Shown: positions 1-12,341, counted from the stretch's first letter. The stretch: 64,000 nt of DNA from Octopus sinensis (GCF_006345805.1 NC_043005.1:28334001-28398000), one strand, 5' to 3'. Numbers and translations are program-made. The notes: generated by a model from the sequence alone, not told the origin.

Positions 1-1000
1 ATTTAAAAAAAAATTGGCTGGTGTATAATGATGAACCAATGAATTTGCAGCAGGAATTTTGAAAGACAAATTTTTCATTAGTGGAGGATAAACTAAAATT
101 AAACGGTAAATAAACCAGTATTTGATGCCATGTACTTATACATTAGGCAAAGCAAAAGAATATTAAAGGAGTAAACCTTAAAGAAAGGAATTACTGTATA
201 TACCGGCGTATAAGATGCACTGTCACACCAGGTATATTCCTATTTACAACTATATATTGTGGGGGAAAAAAAACAAACAAAACAGTTTAAGGTTTCGTCA
301 TACCCTTATTGGAAGATACTTTAAAGCGGTTTTGTGGAGGTGGAATACATGATTCTTTGCTTGTAACTATAATATTGGTACAGTATATGGGATAAAGTAA
401 AAAACCATAAATCTCTTGTGAATAAACTATGCTATGGGAGTTCTGTATTTCAACTTTATCCTTTTGCATTTATATTTTAGGGAAGGTAATTGCTATCTTG
501 GCTGTAAAGCTCGTAATTCTGACTGATTGGCATTTCTCTACTGTGGTTTTGTGTCATCTACTCATTGCAAATTGCTGACAGGTGGATGAAAGTTTAATGT
601 TCTTCTCGTCTTAGAAAATAATTCATTTAGATAATTAAAAAAATTTAACCATCATTAACTAATGCAAGACAAATATTAGGTGTGGGTTATGTATATCAAA
701 GAAGGAAGTAGGAAGAGAAGTGACTTCTTCAATGTAAGAAACTTTTAGGAAGTTTTCACTCACAGTCTCTGATAATTTAGTTTCTTTTCAGTATTTCACT
801 ATTACTAAAAATTATTGTACCTAGTGGACTTAGGTTCAATCGACTTCCTAACCTATGGTACTCTATCACCCATTATCATCAATAATAACACAACTGTTTT
901 AGAGGTAGAACAATGTTTTGGGATTTCAAGAATAGAAAAGTGTTTCTTACAGTAATTACAGTATATCCAAAAACAAAAAGACAAAAAAAAATAATAAATA

Positions 1001-1400
1001 GGCGCAGGAGTGGCTGTGTGGTAAATAGCTTGTTTACCAACCACATGGTTCCGGGTTCAGTCCCACTACGTGGCACCTTGGGCAAGTGTTTTCTACTATA
1101 GCCTTGGGCTGACCAAAGCCTTGTGAGTGGATTTGGTAGACGGAAACTGAAAGAAGCCCGTCATATATATGTATATATATATATGCGTCTGTGTGTTTGT
1201 TCTGTGTTTGTCCCCATAGCATTGCTTGACAACCGATGCTGGTGTGTTTATGTCCCCGTTACTTAGCGGCTCGGCAAAAGAGACCAATAGAATAAGTACT
1301 GGGCTTACAAAAGAATAAGTCCCGGGGTCGAGTTGTTCAATTAAAGGCAGTGCTCCAGCATGACCGCAGTCAAATGACTGAAACAAGTAAAAGAGAGAAA
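1001..1400 (+). mobile_element. tRNA-derived SINE, family A
   Basis: Head ggcgcaggagtggctgtgtggtaa..ggttcagtccc, internal (TA/TG)n, 3' aaaagag repeats. Related copies near 11367-11529(-), 12148-12260(+), 13880-14070(+), 21309-21705(-), 23100-23325(-), 29140-29330(+), 30175-30345(-), 56006-56400(+), 59195-59330(+). Confidence 0.85.
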
Positions 1401-2040
1401 GAGAGAGAGAAATAAAATAGAAAAAGCACTCGTGAAAAGTTAAGAGCATACAGCTTAAATAGCAACATTAGTAAATCCCAACTGCAAGATAATCAGTTAG
1501 GGATTACAGGTGAGCCACCATGGTTTCACATGATTGATTTATAAACCAACCAATCAGTTGCCAGATCAAGATTGGAGCCTGGTGCAACCAGCTGGAGCAC
1601 ACAACGCTGGTCTTCAACAATCCACACCAACAAGCAACCACAATGGCAATGGCAACAAAGCTTTCTTCATGGCAATATTATTTAATGGCAGCTAAGGCAG
1701 TGAGCTGGTAAAATTGTTAGCATGCCAGACAAAATACTTAGTGACATTTTGCTTGTCTTCACGTTCTGAGTTCAAATTCTGACAAGGTTGACTTTGCCTG
1801 TCATCCTTTTGGAGTTGATAAAATAAGTACCAGTTCAGCACTGGGGTCAATGTAATGAACTTCTTCTGCTCCCAAAATTTCAGGCCTATTGTGGAAAGGA
1901 TTATTTACTCATAGTCAGCTGGCAGAACCGTTAACACACTGGACAAAGCGCTTAGTGGCATTTTGTCCATCTTCACATTCTGAGCTCAAATTTCTCAAAG
2001 GACGACTTCACCTTTCATTCTTTCAATATCAATAAGTACC

Positions 2041-2273
2041 TATTTCTTTATTACCCACAAGGGGCTAAACACAGAGGGGACAAACAAGGACAGACATAGG
2101 TATTAAGTCGATTACATCGACCCCAGTGCATAACTGGTACTTAATTTATCGACCCCGAAAGGATGAAAGGCAAAGTCGACCTCGGCGGAATTTGAACTCA
2201 CAACGTAACGCAGACGAAATACCGCTAAGCATTTCGCCAGGCGTGCTAATGTTTCTGCCAGCTCGCTGCCTTA
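2041..2273 (-). mobile_element. Young tRNA-derived SINE family B with 18-bp TSD, inserted into an older family-B copy
   Basis: TSD tcaatatcaataagtacc at 2023-2040 and 2274-2291; CpGs intact. Other family-B copies near 1693-1900, 22770-22950, 31362-31570, 47040-47165, 56900-57110, 60365-60575, 61150-61310. Confidence 0.85.
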
Positions 2274-3362
2274 TCAATATCAATAAGTACCAGTCATGTA
2301 CTGGAGTCAATGTAACCAACTTCCCCTCCCCTCAAAAACAGTTGGCCCTGAGCCAAAATTTGAAAGCCTTATTTCCTGACCAGTATCACTTTGGTGTAAA
2401 AACAACTAAACAAAAAAAAAAAGCATCCAATCCTGCAAGACTGGGGTTAAATGATATTTATTCAAAATGTGAGTTTGTGCTCAGAGTTTCTCATTCCTGA
2501 TATTCAAATTGATGATTTTGTTGAAATTTCATTCTGTCTCCCTCAATTACATCTATTTTGGTCACATTGACAAGAATGGTTGGTTTTACATTTGGGGGTA
2601 TACGAAGGTGCATGGCGTAGTAGTTCAGTGGGTTGCACATATAACTGTAGGATTGAAGTTTCGGTGTGTTGTGTTTCTTGAGTAAAACACTTCATTTCCC
2701 ATTGTTCTCCTTTCCACTCAGCTTCAAATGAATTCTGTCAGTGACTGGGAGATTAACTTTGTAATGGAACAGCATCCTATTCCAGGGGGAATATTTGTAA
2801 TTTCAATTGCTTTATACACCATGGATGTCAGGTTAGAGTCCAGCCTTATGAGTCTTAGAACTCATAACAGACCTAATATGACAATAGATTAAAAAAAACT
2901 ATAAAAATAGAAAATATGAATTTATAAGGGATGACCTCCCTTTGCAAATACCATAAGAGCACAGAAAGTGTGCCTAAAGCCAGCTGGAGACGATGATCTC
3001 CAGGGGCTAAAAGCTACAGTAACACCCACCCTTAGTGGTTAGCCATATTGAGATGGCTAGTATACTTTACGTTTATAAGAATTTCTTTTGAATAATGTTT
3101 GTGGCTAAAGTAATCTTCTACAGAATAGTATTCTTTTTTCTGTTAAGTTTTGGAAAATTCTATTCCATTGGAGGAACCTATGGTGAAGTTAAAAATGTTT
3201 ATATATACATATATATGTATATAAATACAGTGTACATTTAAACACGTAAGAGGTATCCGTCATAGGATTCCTGGCATGCTAGAAGAAACAGCCAAAGTCC
3301 AAACCACTATTAGGGATAAAACTTCAATGGGAATAAAAAATAAAAACATTTACCATCTATCT

Positions 3363-3428
3363 CCTGGACCATGGTTTCTGACTTTTTTTAGCAAATAAAA
3401 TTTGCTAGGTAAAGTCTTCATCAACAGG
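3363..3428 (-). ncRNA. Type I hammerhead ribozyme motif (C3U core change)
   Basis: Minus strand: CCUG-UUGAUGA-A-GACUUU..AAAGUC-A-GAAA-CCAUGG-UC/CAGG. Stem I 4 bp, stem II 6 bp, palindromic stem III. Confidence 0.7.
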
Positions 3429-4125
3429 TACGACTAGATTAAACATATAAGTACGAGGCAATCCAGGATGTGCCTTGTGCTTATACATTATAATTTTTCA
3501 AATCCACCGCACAAGTGTAGTTTTTTGTCAGCAGCAAAACAAATAACATCTGTGTTACGTTGAAAATTTTCCAGAAAAAATAACCAATAATTAATAATAT
3601 CAGAAATTTTTACTACCAGTGGCCTAGCATGTAGAAAAATTAGTCAATAGACTATATATTATTCATATAAATACAGTGTACATTTAAACACATAAGTGGT
3701 ATCCATCATAGGATTCCTGGCATGCCAGAAGGAATAGCCAAAGTCCAAACCACTATTAGGGATAAAACTTCGAAGGGAATGAAAAATAAAAACATTTTAT
3801 TTGTTAAAAAAAAGTCAGAAACCATGGTCCAGGATTTAGATGGTAAATGTTTTTATTTTTCATTCCTTTTGAAGTTTTATCCCTAATAGTGGTTTGGACT
3901 TTGGTTGTTCCTTCTAGCATGCCAGGAAGCCTATGACAGATACTTCTTATGTGTTTAAATGTACACGGAGTGGTTGGCATTAGGAAGGGCATCCAGCTGT
4001 AGAAACTCTGCCAGATCAAGATTGGAGCCTGGTGCACTCATCTGGTTCGCCAGCCCTCAGTCAAAATCGTCCAACCCATGCTAGCATGGAAAGCGGACGT
4101 TATACGATGATGGTGATGATAATAT

Positions 4126-4169
<44 letters not shown>

Positions 4170-4659
4170 ATATATATATATTCTACATAGAAATGACAAG
4201 ACAACAAAAGAATGAAAGAGACCTTGATGTAATGTAAATAGAGGAATTTATCTGTAAATATAATATGTGTCATGATAAAACTCTGAGTCTCAGATATATA
4301 TATATATATATATATATACTCCCCTGTTTCTGCGTAGATCATTTTTTTTCCAGTTGTATAATGATTTTACAGCAAACTCAATATACAGCTTCATTTGCAG
4401 ATAAGACATGTAAATGTTTGGCTGGAGACACCAGACATTAGAGTTTGTGTGTGTCTCTTTTTTTCTGGTTGCTCTGATAGTAATAAGTGTGTGTCTTCAT
4501 CCAATTCTCAGCCCAATGCCAAAGTGATGCATTCCATTCTTAAAGTGTTAATGTTACACTTCTTCAAGGTAACCGTTTCAGTCAGAGGATGTCCTTCCAA
4601 ATAAGTTTTTTGCTAAAAGCGTAGCACTACATCTAGCATACATCATCCTGGAAAAAAAG

Positions 4660-5640
4660 CCTTTAAGATGCCACACCCAGCAGTTTGGTGGTCACAAGGG
4701 AAATTAGGTGAGAATAATGCAAACCATATACAGAGATGAGCAAGGTGAGAATTAGTAATGAGTTTAGTAAAGAATTTAATATAAAGGCAAAGTGTTCATA
4801 AGAGCCCAGTTCTCAACATTTTCCATTTTATCCTGGTCATAATTGAGGAGTTTGAGACTGACTCTTGATGGACATTCCTATCATCCAATGATATAGATCT
4901 TAGTGTTGAATTTATTGAGGACATAGAGAAAAAATTCCAAACGTGGAAGCAATGCTTAGAATTAAGAGATTTGACAGTAAACCAAGTGAAAACAAAAGGT
5001 TTAGTCACCAGGAAAGAAAACCCACCTGAGGTAGTGGTTAATCACAACATGCAGAAAGGAGAAGGTAGGAATTCCATATGGTGTACTCAATATAAACTGT
5101 GGAAGTACAAGAGGTGCAAATGAACGACAAGCCAGCTGATAGAAATGTCTGACAGAAGTACTTGGTGATAAGGACACCCATGAAATACACTCTTTCAAAT
5201 GCTCAGAGGACTCTAGAAACTAGTTGATAGTGTCTGATAGCTAGTAGACCAAATTAATAGATGAAGAGAATGATTTGAAAGCATAATAACTAGATTAAGA
5301 AAGAGATAAAGAAGTTTAGGTATCTATTATCTCTGCTGGCACAAGAGGAAGTCTTCCTTGAAGTGAATGAAAGATTGTAAGATATTTTGTGTATGAAGTA
5401 CAGTGTTGAAAGATGGTAAAATATGGGCTTGGAATGTAGAGGATGTAGAGGATGTGTGAAAATGGAAAGGAATGAAGGGTGTACACCTAACTGGATGTTT
5501 AATGTTAGTGTACATAAATGATGGAACACAGATGAGCATAAAAAAAACTGGATATAAGACAAATTAGGTATGGTGTACAAGAGAGGAGACTGTACTGGAG
5601 TGGACACAGGATGTGTATGGAGGATTATAGATGGGTAAAG
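4660..5640 (+). mobile_element. Decayed RTE-clade LINE (RT C-terminal region)
   Basis: Broken frames read EKKFQTWKQCLELRDLTVNQVKTKGLV, NSIWCTQYKLW and KFRYLLSLL; similar to the 8520-9320 element. Confidence 0.7.
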
Positions 5641-6113
5641 AAGCACCAAAAACTTAGCTCAAGATGAAAGAAATGAAAAGGGACAGAAATAAAAAGTGAA
5701 GTGCCATGCCAGGAAAGATCTGTCCAATATGGAAAAACAAACATAAAAATGATGATAACGACGACGATGATGACGATGATAGGGAGGAGGAGGAAGAATA
5801 CGACGACGCCGAAGATGATAAGAACGATAAAGACGATGAAGAGCCGGTCACACACACACACACACACACAGACGAACACACACTTATAATCATACATTAC
5901 ATTACACCACAGTAAAATCGACAATATTGTTTCATTTCAACCGAAGACCAAATTTTCAAAACCTACACTTATCTTGTTTTCTATACACAAACCCCCAAAA
6001 ATTAACCGACAGCAATAACATTTACCGTAAAAAACACAAATTAAATAAAAAAAAGAGCATATTTATTATTCATTATTGTAGTTTTAATTTATTTATTTTT
6101 ATTTTATTATTTT

Positions 6114-6749
6114 GGCAATGTTTCGTTTGTAGTAGCACACGTTTCCGTCGATTTCCTCCGTCGATTTCCGTAAAAAATGTAAACACTGAATCGGCCATAC
6201 ATACATACATGCATACATACATACACACATACATACATACACACATACATACACACACACATACATACACACATACACATACATAGATACATACACACAC
6301 ACACATACATGCAGACATACATATACATATACACCGAGTAAAAAATTACACTGAATCGGCCATACATACATACATACATACACATACACAGATACATACA
6401 CACACATACATAGATACAGACACACACACACACATACATATACACATACACCGAGTAAAAAATCTTAGTTATCTCTCTCTTTCACACATTACTCTCTCTG
6501 TCTCTTCGCACACACTAACAGAAGCACTTCACTGACACAACATACTGTCTGTCTCCCACACCCCATCAAACACACACACGGGGACTTCAAAAAGAAATTC
6601 CCTCGTCATAAAATCGCTTCCTCTTAGTCTCTTTCGCTCTCATTACTTCAAATATTCCCGCAAAGCCATATGTAAAAAATAAAAGTTTTTTACGGAAATC
6701 GACGGAGGAAATCGACGGAAACGTGTGCTACTACAAACGAAACATTGCC
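6114..6749. mobile_element. MITE with perfect TIRs of about 62 bp
   Basis: ggcaatgtttcgtttgtagtagcacacgtttccgtcgatttcctccgtcgatttccgtaaaaa and its exact reverse complement; two internal units containing (CA/TA)n. Confidence 0.8.
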
Positions 6750-7409
6750 ATTATGCCATTATTTTATTTATTTATATCAATTTTTTAAAAACAAAATCGT
6801 TTGGAATATAATTTCAATATATATTTATGTCACTCAAAGACTTTCGATAAAGAAAGTAAATTTTTCAGTCGAATTGAAAAAAAAACTGATCTAAGGGAGG
6901 TAACTAGATCTTAATACCTTATTAATTTGTTTTATTACTTCCCTTGAACCTTTCAATTTAGTTTCGAAACATTGAATGATTGTTGGACAATGTGATCACA
7001 TCAATTCTTTCTGGTCAAGGTGTCATTCACCAATGGCGAATAAAAGAAATGCATTTCCTTTTATATGCAACCATTCTTACTTTCCTTCAAGTTTTAGATC
7101 TATCAACTCAAATTAGATTAACTTTAAGCTTGTATTCTCCTTAGCACTTTAACTTTTTTTAGTTGGAGCTCAAGAATTGTAAAAGAGACAGTTATGTTTT
7201 ATTCAAGCGTTTAATATTCTTCAAAAACGATTTATATCATTTCTTTGAACACACACACACACAAGTCTGGGCTGTTTGTTGTCAACTGGAAGATCAGCGA
7301 AACAAGGGAAAATTAGTGTCAGGAGGGTCATCCAGCCCTAACATACCCTCCTTTGATCCATGCAGACATGGAAAAGTAAATGTTAAATGATTATAGGGGT
7401 GAATGTGCA

Positions 7410-7440
<31 letters not shown>

Positions 7441-7929
7441 TACAGAGGTGTGTCTATCATCATTCTCATCACCATTTTTCCATGATGGCATGGGTTAGAC
7501 AAGACTTATTGAGACTCTGCGTGTGTGTGTGTACAATATCATTCAATAATACTAAGTATGAAAGGATTTCACATATATGATATATAGCCATGCAATGCTT
7601 CATTTAACTGAGATTGTACATACATCGTCTCACTCTATAAGAGTCTAAAATCTGAAAAGTAACAGGCAAGGGAGATAACTTCAATATTTTCGGGCTAAGT
7701 AGAAAATGCAGTATAGGAGTTGATCTGATCCTTAAAGCCAACCAGAGTAAGGAACTAGCATGTTTAAATCTTGCTACATACATACAGTTGTGTATACATC
7801 CGTACATATCCATCTGTACGTATGCACACATACATACACACACATGTATAAATATACAAATATATGCATATATATATATATACATACACATATATACATC
7901 TACACCACATATACACACCCACAAACATA

Positions 7930-9320
7930 CCTACAAACACATCATCATCATCATCATCATCATTTAACGTCTGTTGTCCATGCTGGCATGGATGGTTGGA
8001 CGGTTTGACTGGACTGGCATGCTGGAAGGCTGTGCCAGAATCTAGTCTGATTTGACATCGTTTTCTACAGCTGGATGCTCTTCCTAACGTCAAACACTCC
8101 AAGAGTATAACAGGTGCTTTTACGTGCCACCAGCACGGGTGCCATTTCCATGGCACCAGTAACTGTCACAACTGCGATTTTGCTTGGATTGATGGGTCTT
8201 GTTCTCAAGCATGACATAATGCTAAAGATCTTGGTCATTGCCTCTGTAAAGCCCAACACTCGATAGGAGTTCAGCCACTTTGCCTCTATGAGGCCCAACG
8301 CTCAAAAGGAACTTAGCCACCTCGCCTCCATAAGGTCTGTTTGGAAGGAACTCAGTCAGCTCGCCCCCGTGAGGCCCAACACTCGAAAGGAACTCAGCCA
8401 CTTTGCCTCCGTCAGGCCCAATGCTCGAAAGGTACTCAGCCACTTTACCACTGTGAGGCCCGATTTTCAAAGGCTGATTTTTTTTTTTTACATACCACCA
8501 TGGGTGGTGCACTTTGCTTGATGGTTCCTCTTAAGCAGAGCACATCGCTAAAGATCTTGGTCACTATTCATTGCCTTTGTGAGATTCAAAGTTCAATGGT
8601 CATGCTTCACCACCAAATCCTACGTCTTCCTGAGTCTACCTCTACCACAAGTTCCCTCCACAGTTAGAGATCGGCACCTCTTTACACAACTGTCCTTGTC
8701 CATAAGCATCACATCTCTCTTGCACACCACATCTCATGCCTCTTATGCCTATCTTTTCTCTCAAGATGCTTACATTCTGTCAAACATGCACACTGATATT
8801 GAACATCCAGCAAAGCATACTAGCTTCATTCCTCTCTAGCCTATGCATGTCCTCAGCTGTTATAGCCCATGTTTCACTACCATGCAGCATAGCTGTTAGC
8901 ACACAGGCATCAAACAATCTGCCTTTCACTCTGAGAGAGAGACCGTTTGTTGCCAGCAGGGATAGGAGCTCTCTGAACTTTGTCCAGTCTAATCTTATTC
9001 TCACAGCTACACTCTCAGAACAACCACTTCCACTACTAACCTGGTCGCCTAGATACCGGAAGCTATCTATTACCTCTAGCTTGCCCCGCTGGCAGTTGAT
9101 GGAGTCTATTTTCCACACATTATGCCTGTGCACCTTCCACATACAAAAGTTAGTTTCTCTGTTAACCTTCCTTTGATGTTGCTGCACCTTTTGTGTGTCC
9201 AAAGCTTACACTGGGTGCATCTTATGGAGTCTCTACCTACATACAGGCATTTATATTTGGACTTTCCTATGTCTCCTGTTTCCAAGAAAGAGCTTTGCTC
9301 AAAATGTAAAACAACCACTC
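7930..9320 (-). mobile_element. 5'-truncated RTE LINE: Cys/His finger, RT C-terminus, 42-bp repeats, 3' UTR, (GAT)n tail
   Basis: ORF track 8780-9202 (SFRYLGDQVSS..LSLRVKGRLFDACVLTAMLHGSETWAI) and 9106-9318 (CTQCKLWTHKRC..CGRC). Five units of about 42 bp at 8262-8465. Shorter 3'-end copies at 3968-4115, 24775-25060, 25705-25995, 39730-40045, 59800-60060. Confidence 0.85.
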
Positions 9321-10350
9321 GTTCTCTCCCTCTCTGAGCACTTATTAATACTTCACATGTACCATGCCCTCATGTTGTTGTTTTCTTGTCTTTTTTCTTC
9401 ATTTTTTAAAAATTAATTTTATATATATATATATCTGTAAATGTGTAGGATACCTACACATGCATACCCACACACCCACGTACATTTACGGATAAATTCC
9501 TCTATTTACATAATATCGAGGTCTCTTTCATTCTTTTGTTGCCTTACCATTTCTATCAATACATACATACATACATACATACATACATACATACATACAT
9601 ACATACATACATACATACATACATGCATGCATGCATGCATGCATGCATGCATGCATATACATATATTATATTAGAGGAAAAATGAAAACCAAGGCAGAAC
9701 GTGTATTTCAAGTCATTTAGAATAATTTGATTAGGGTAATGTGAATTTGAAGTCTTACAGCCATTTCTGGGGATAACAGAAGTGGTAGGTTAGCATGTCC
9801 ATGCACTGGGTATTCTGTCATCAGAGACAAGATATGAATATTTTAGACAGGGAAAATTTACAGTTTACAAGGAATAAAATTCACAGTTGATAAGGGTTAA
9901 AATAGAAGAAAAAGAGTAAATTGAAGAATAAAGACTAAAGGTAGTTACACCTTTTTTCTTCTATTTTAATCCTTCTAAACTGTGAATTTTATTCCTTGTA
10001 AACTGTAAATTTTCCCTGTCTAAAATATTCATATCTTATCTCTGATGACAGAACACCCAGTGCATGGACATGCTAACCTAAGACTTGTGTTATCCCCAGA
10101 AATGGCTGTAAGACTTCAAATTCACCTTACCTTAATTAAATTATTCTAAATGACATGAAATACACTTTCTGCCTTGGTTTTTGAGTTTTCTTCTAATATA
10201 ATATATACCTATTATAATGGAACCCTTATACAGATCCCTGAATATCCAGCCTCAGCTGTGATCTTAGAACCTAATGATCGACCAAATATAGCACTTACTC
10301 AGCATACCGATTTGTTTAGATCACAAGTGAACTAAACACCTCATATTCTT

Positions 10351-10381
<31 letters not shown>

Positions 10382-10514
10382 ATATTAGGGAATAAATCCA
10401 AATTTACAGGGAAAAAAATCAGATTTAGGATTAAATCCAATTTTATAGTAAAATATTATATATATTTTGCAAAACAAACAAGACTTCATAATTTGAAACT
10501 GACTTATTGGAAGT

Positions 10515-10557
10515 CCACCTGAAGATTGTCGATCAAGACAAGAAACAATTGTAGTGG
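10515..10557 (+). ncRNA. Minimal type I hammerhead ribozyme, intact
   Basis: CCAC-CUGAAGA-UUGUC(GAUCAA)GACAA-GAAA-CAAUUG-UA/GUGG. Full core and stems I and II perfectly paired; predicted cut after 10553. Confidence 0.85.
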
Positions 10558-10640
10558 CGGTTTTTTTGACTTTTTATTAAAATTTTATGTATTGATTAAG
10601 TCTTTCCTTGTTTGTTTTGCAAAATAGTGGTTTTGTCTCT

Positions 10641-10677
<37 letters not shown>

Positions 10678-10881
10678 AAGTAGATAAATGAATTATCTTA
10701 TTATGGATTATTCAAATGATAACCGATACCTGGGTAGCAAAAATCACAACAGAAAAAGCATGGTTGAAGTTACGACCATGGGTCTAAAATCCGTGCCTTA
10801 GTGCGGAAATTTGAAGTTTTATATATTTAGTGTAGGAAGAAATGGAACTGAATGAAGACTTAACAAAATTCCTTTTTATTA

Positions 10882-10965
10882 TTTTCTACATATATTTCAA
10901 AGGTTGCAAAGTCCCTAATTCGGATTGAATAAGGAGTCCATTTTGCAGCCTTCTCTTCAGGAAAA
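10882..10965 (-). ncRNA. Type I hammerhead ribozyme with long stem II
   Basis: Minus strand: UUUUC-CUGAAGA-GAAGGCUGCAAA..UUUGCAACCUUU-GAAA-UAUAUG-UA/GAAAA. Confidence 0.8.
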
Positions 10966-11527
10966 TCCAGGAACTTAATTCTCCAACAAAATGCACAGCA
11001 AGCTTTTTGACAAACGCTCACGAGGAGCCCATGGAAGAAATGGCACCCTTATTCAATCCGAATTAGGGACTTTGCAGCCTTTGAAACATATGTAGAAAAT
11101 AATAAAAAGGAATTTTGTTAAGTCTTCGTTCAGCTCCATTTCTTCCTACACTAAATATATATATATATAATATATATATATATATACCGGAGTAAGCACA
11201 TAAATGTGAAACAAGGTGTAAAAAAGAGTACTCAAATATCAGAGGTAGAGTAATATGCTTTATTTAAAAGCAGCAGAAATGTAACAAAAGCTGTTACTCG
11301 GAGTTTCACATTCCCATTCGACGAACACACACACACACGCACAAGGACACACACACACACACACACAATGAGCTTCTTTCAGTTTCCGTCTACCAAATCC
11401 ACTCACAAGGCTTTGGTTGGCTTGAAGCTATAGTAGAAGACACTTGCCCGAGATGCCATGCAGTGGGACTGAACCTGGAAACATGTGGTTGGTAAGCAAG
11501 CTACTTACCACACAGCCACCCCTGTGC

Positions 11528-11580
<53 letters not shown>

Positions 11581-11593
11581 AACACACATATAC

Positions 11594-11624
<31 letters not shown>

Positions 11625-12341
11625 TATACATATATATACATTATGTATTATGTATATGTGAATATACATACATATATGTATGTGTATGTATGTATGTGTG
11701 TATATGTGTGTGTTGTACATATGTATGTATGTATGTGTATATATGTGTGTATGTACACATGTATGTACGTATGTGTATATATGTGTGTATGTATGCATGT
11801 GTGTGTGTGTGTGTGTGTGTGTTTGTGTGTGTAGGTATATATGTATATATATATATATATATGTCACACAAGATATTTACGATAAATCCACAAAAAAGGA
11901 ACATTGACCTCAAAATAAATACAAATATCATTTCTCCCTACAGAATTATCATTATCAGTATTGCATAATAAAATTCTCACACCTCTCCCTTTACCTGTCG
12001 ACCTTCTACTTGTTTTCTATGACCTTATTTGAAATATTCTCTAAAATATTCAATGGCTTCATTTGTGTACAAAAAGTTTGGGAAAGCTATTTACTAAACT
12101 CAACTGCCGTTGTTTATTTTTCATTTTTGCTATTAATTTCTTGTAGGAATGGCTGTGTGGTTAAGAAGCTTGCTTTACAACCAAATGCTATTGAGTTCAG
12201 CTCCAGGTTGACCAATGCATTGTAAGTGAATTTGGGAGACAGAAACTGTATGGAATCTTGTCATGTGTGTGTGTGTTTGTGTGTGTAAATATATAAATAT
12301 ATGTATGTATATGTATATAAATGTTTGTATGAATGTATATG

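Noticed and set aside
192-222. Tc1/pogo-like terminal sequence tactgtatataccggcgtataagatgcac
   Set aside because: No partner TIR in the window; too short to call an element.
4481-4568. Isolated + strand exon candidate (NKCVSSSNSQPNAKVMHSILKVLMLHFFK, AG..GTAACC)
   Set aside because: No phase-compatible partner exons or recognisable domain were found; it cannot be distinguished from chance.
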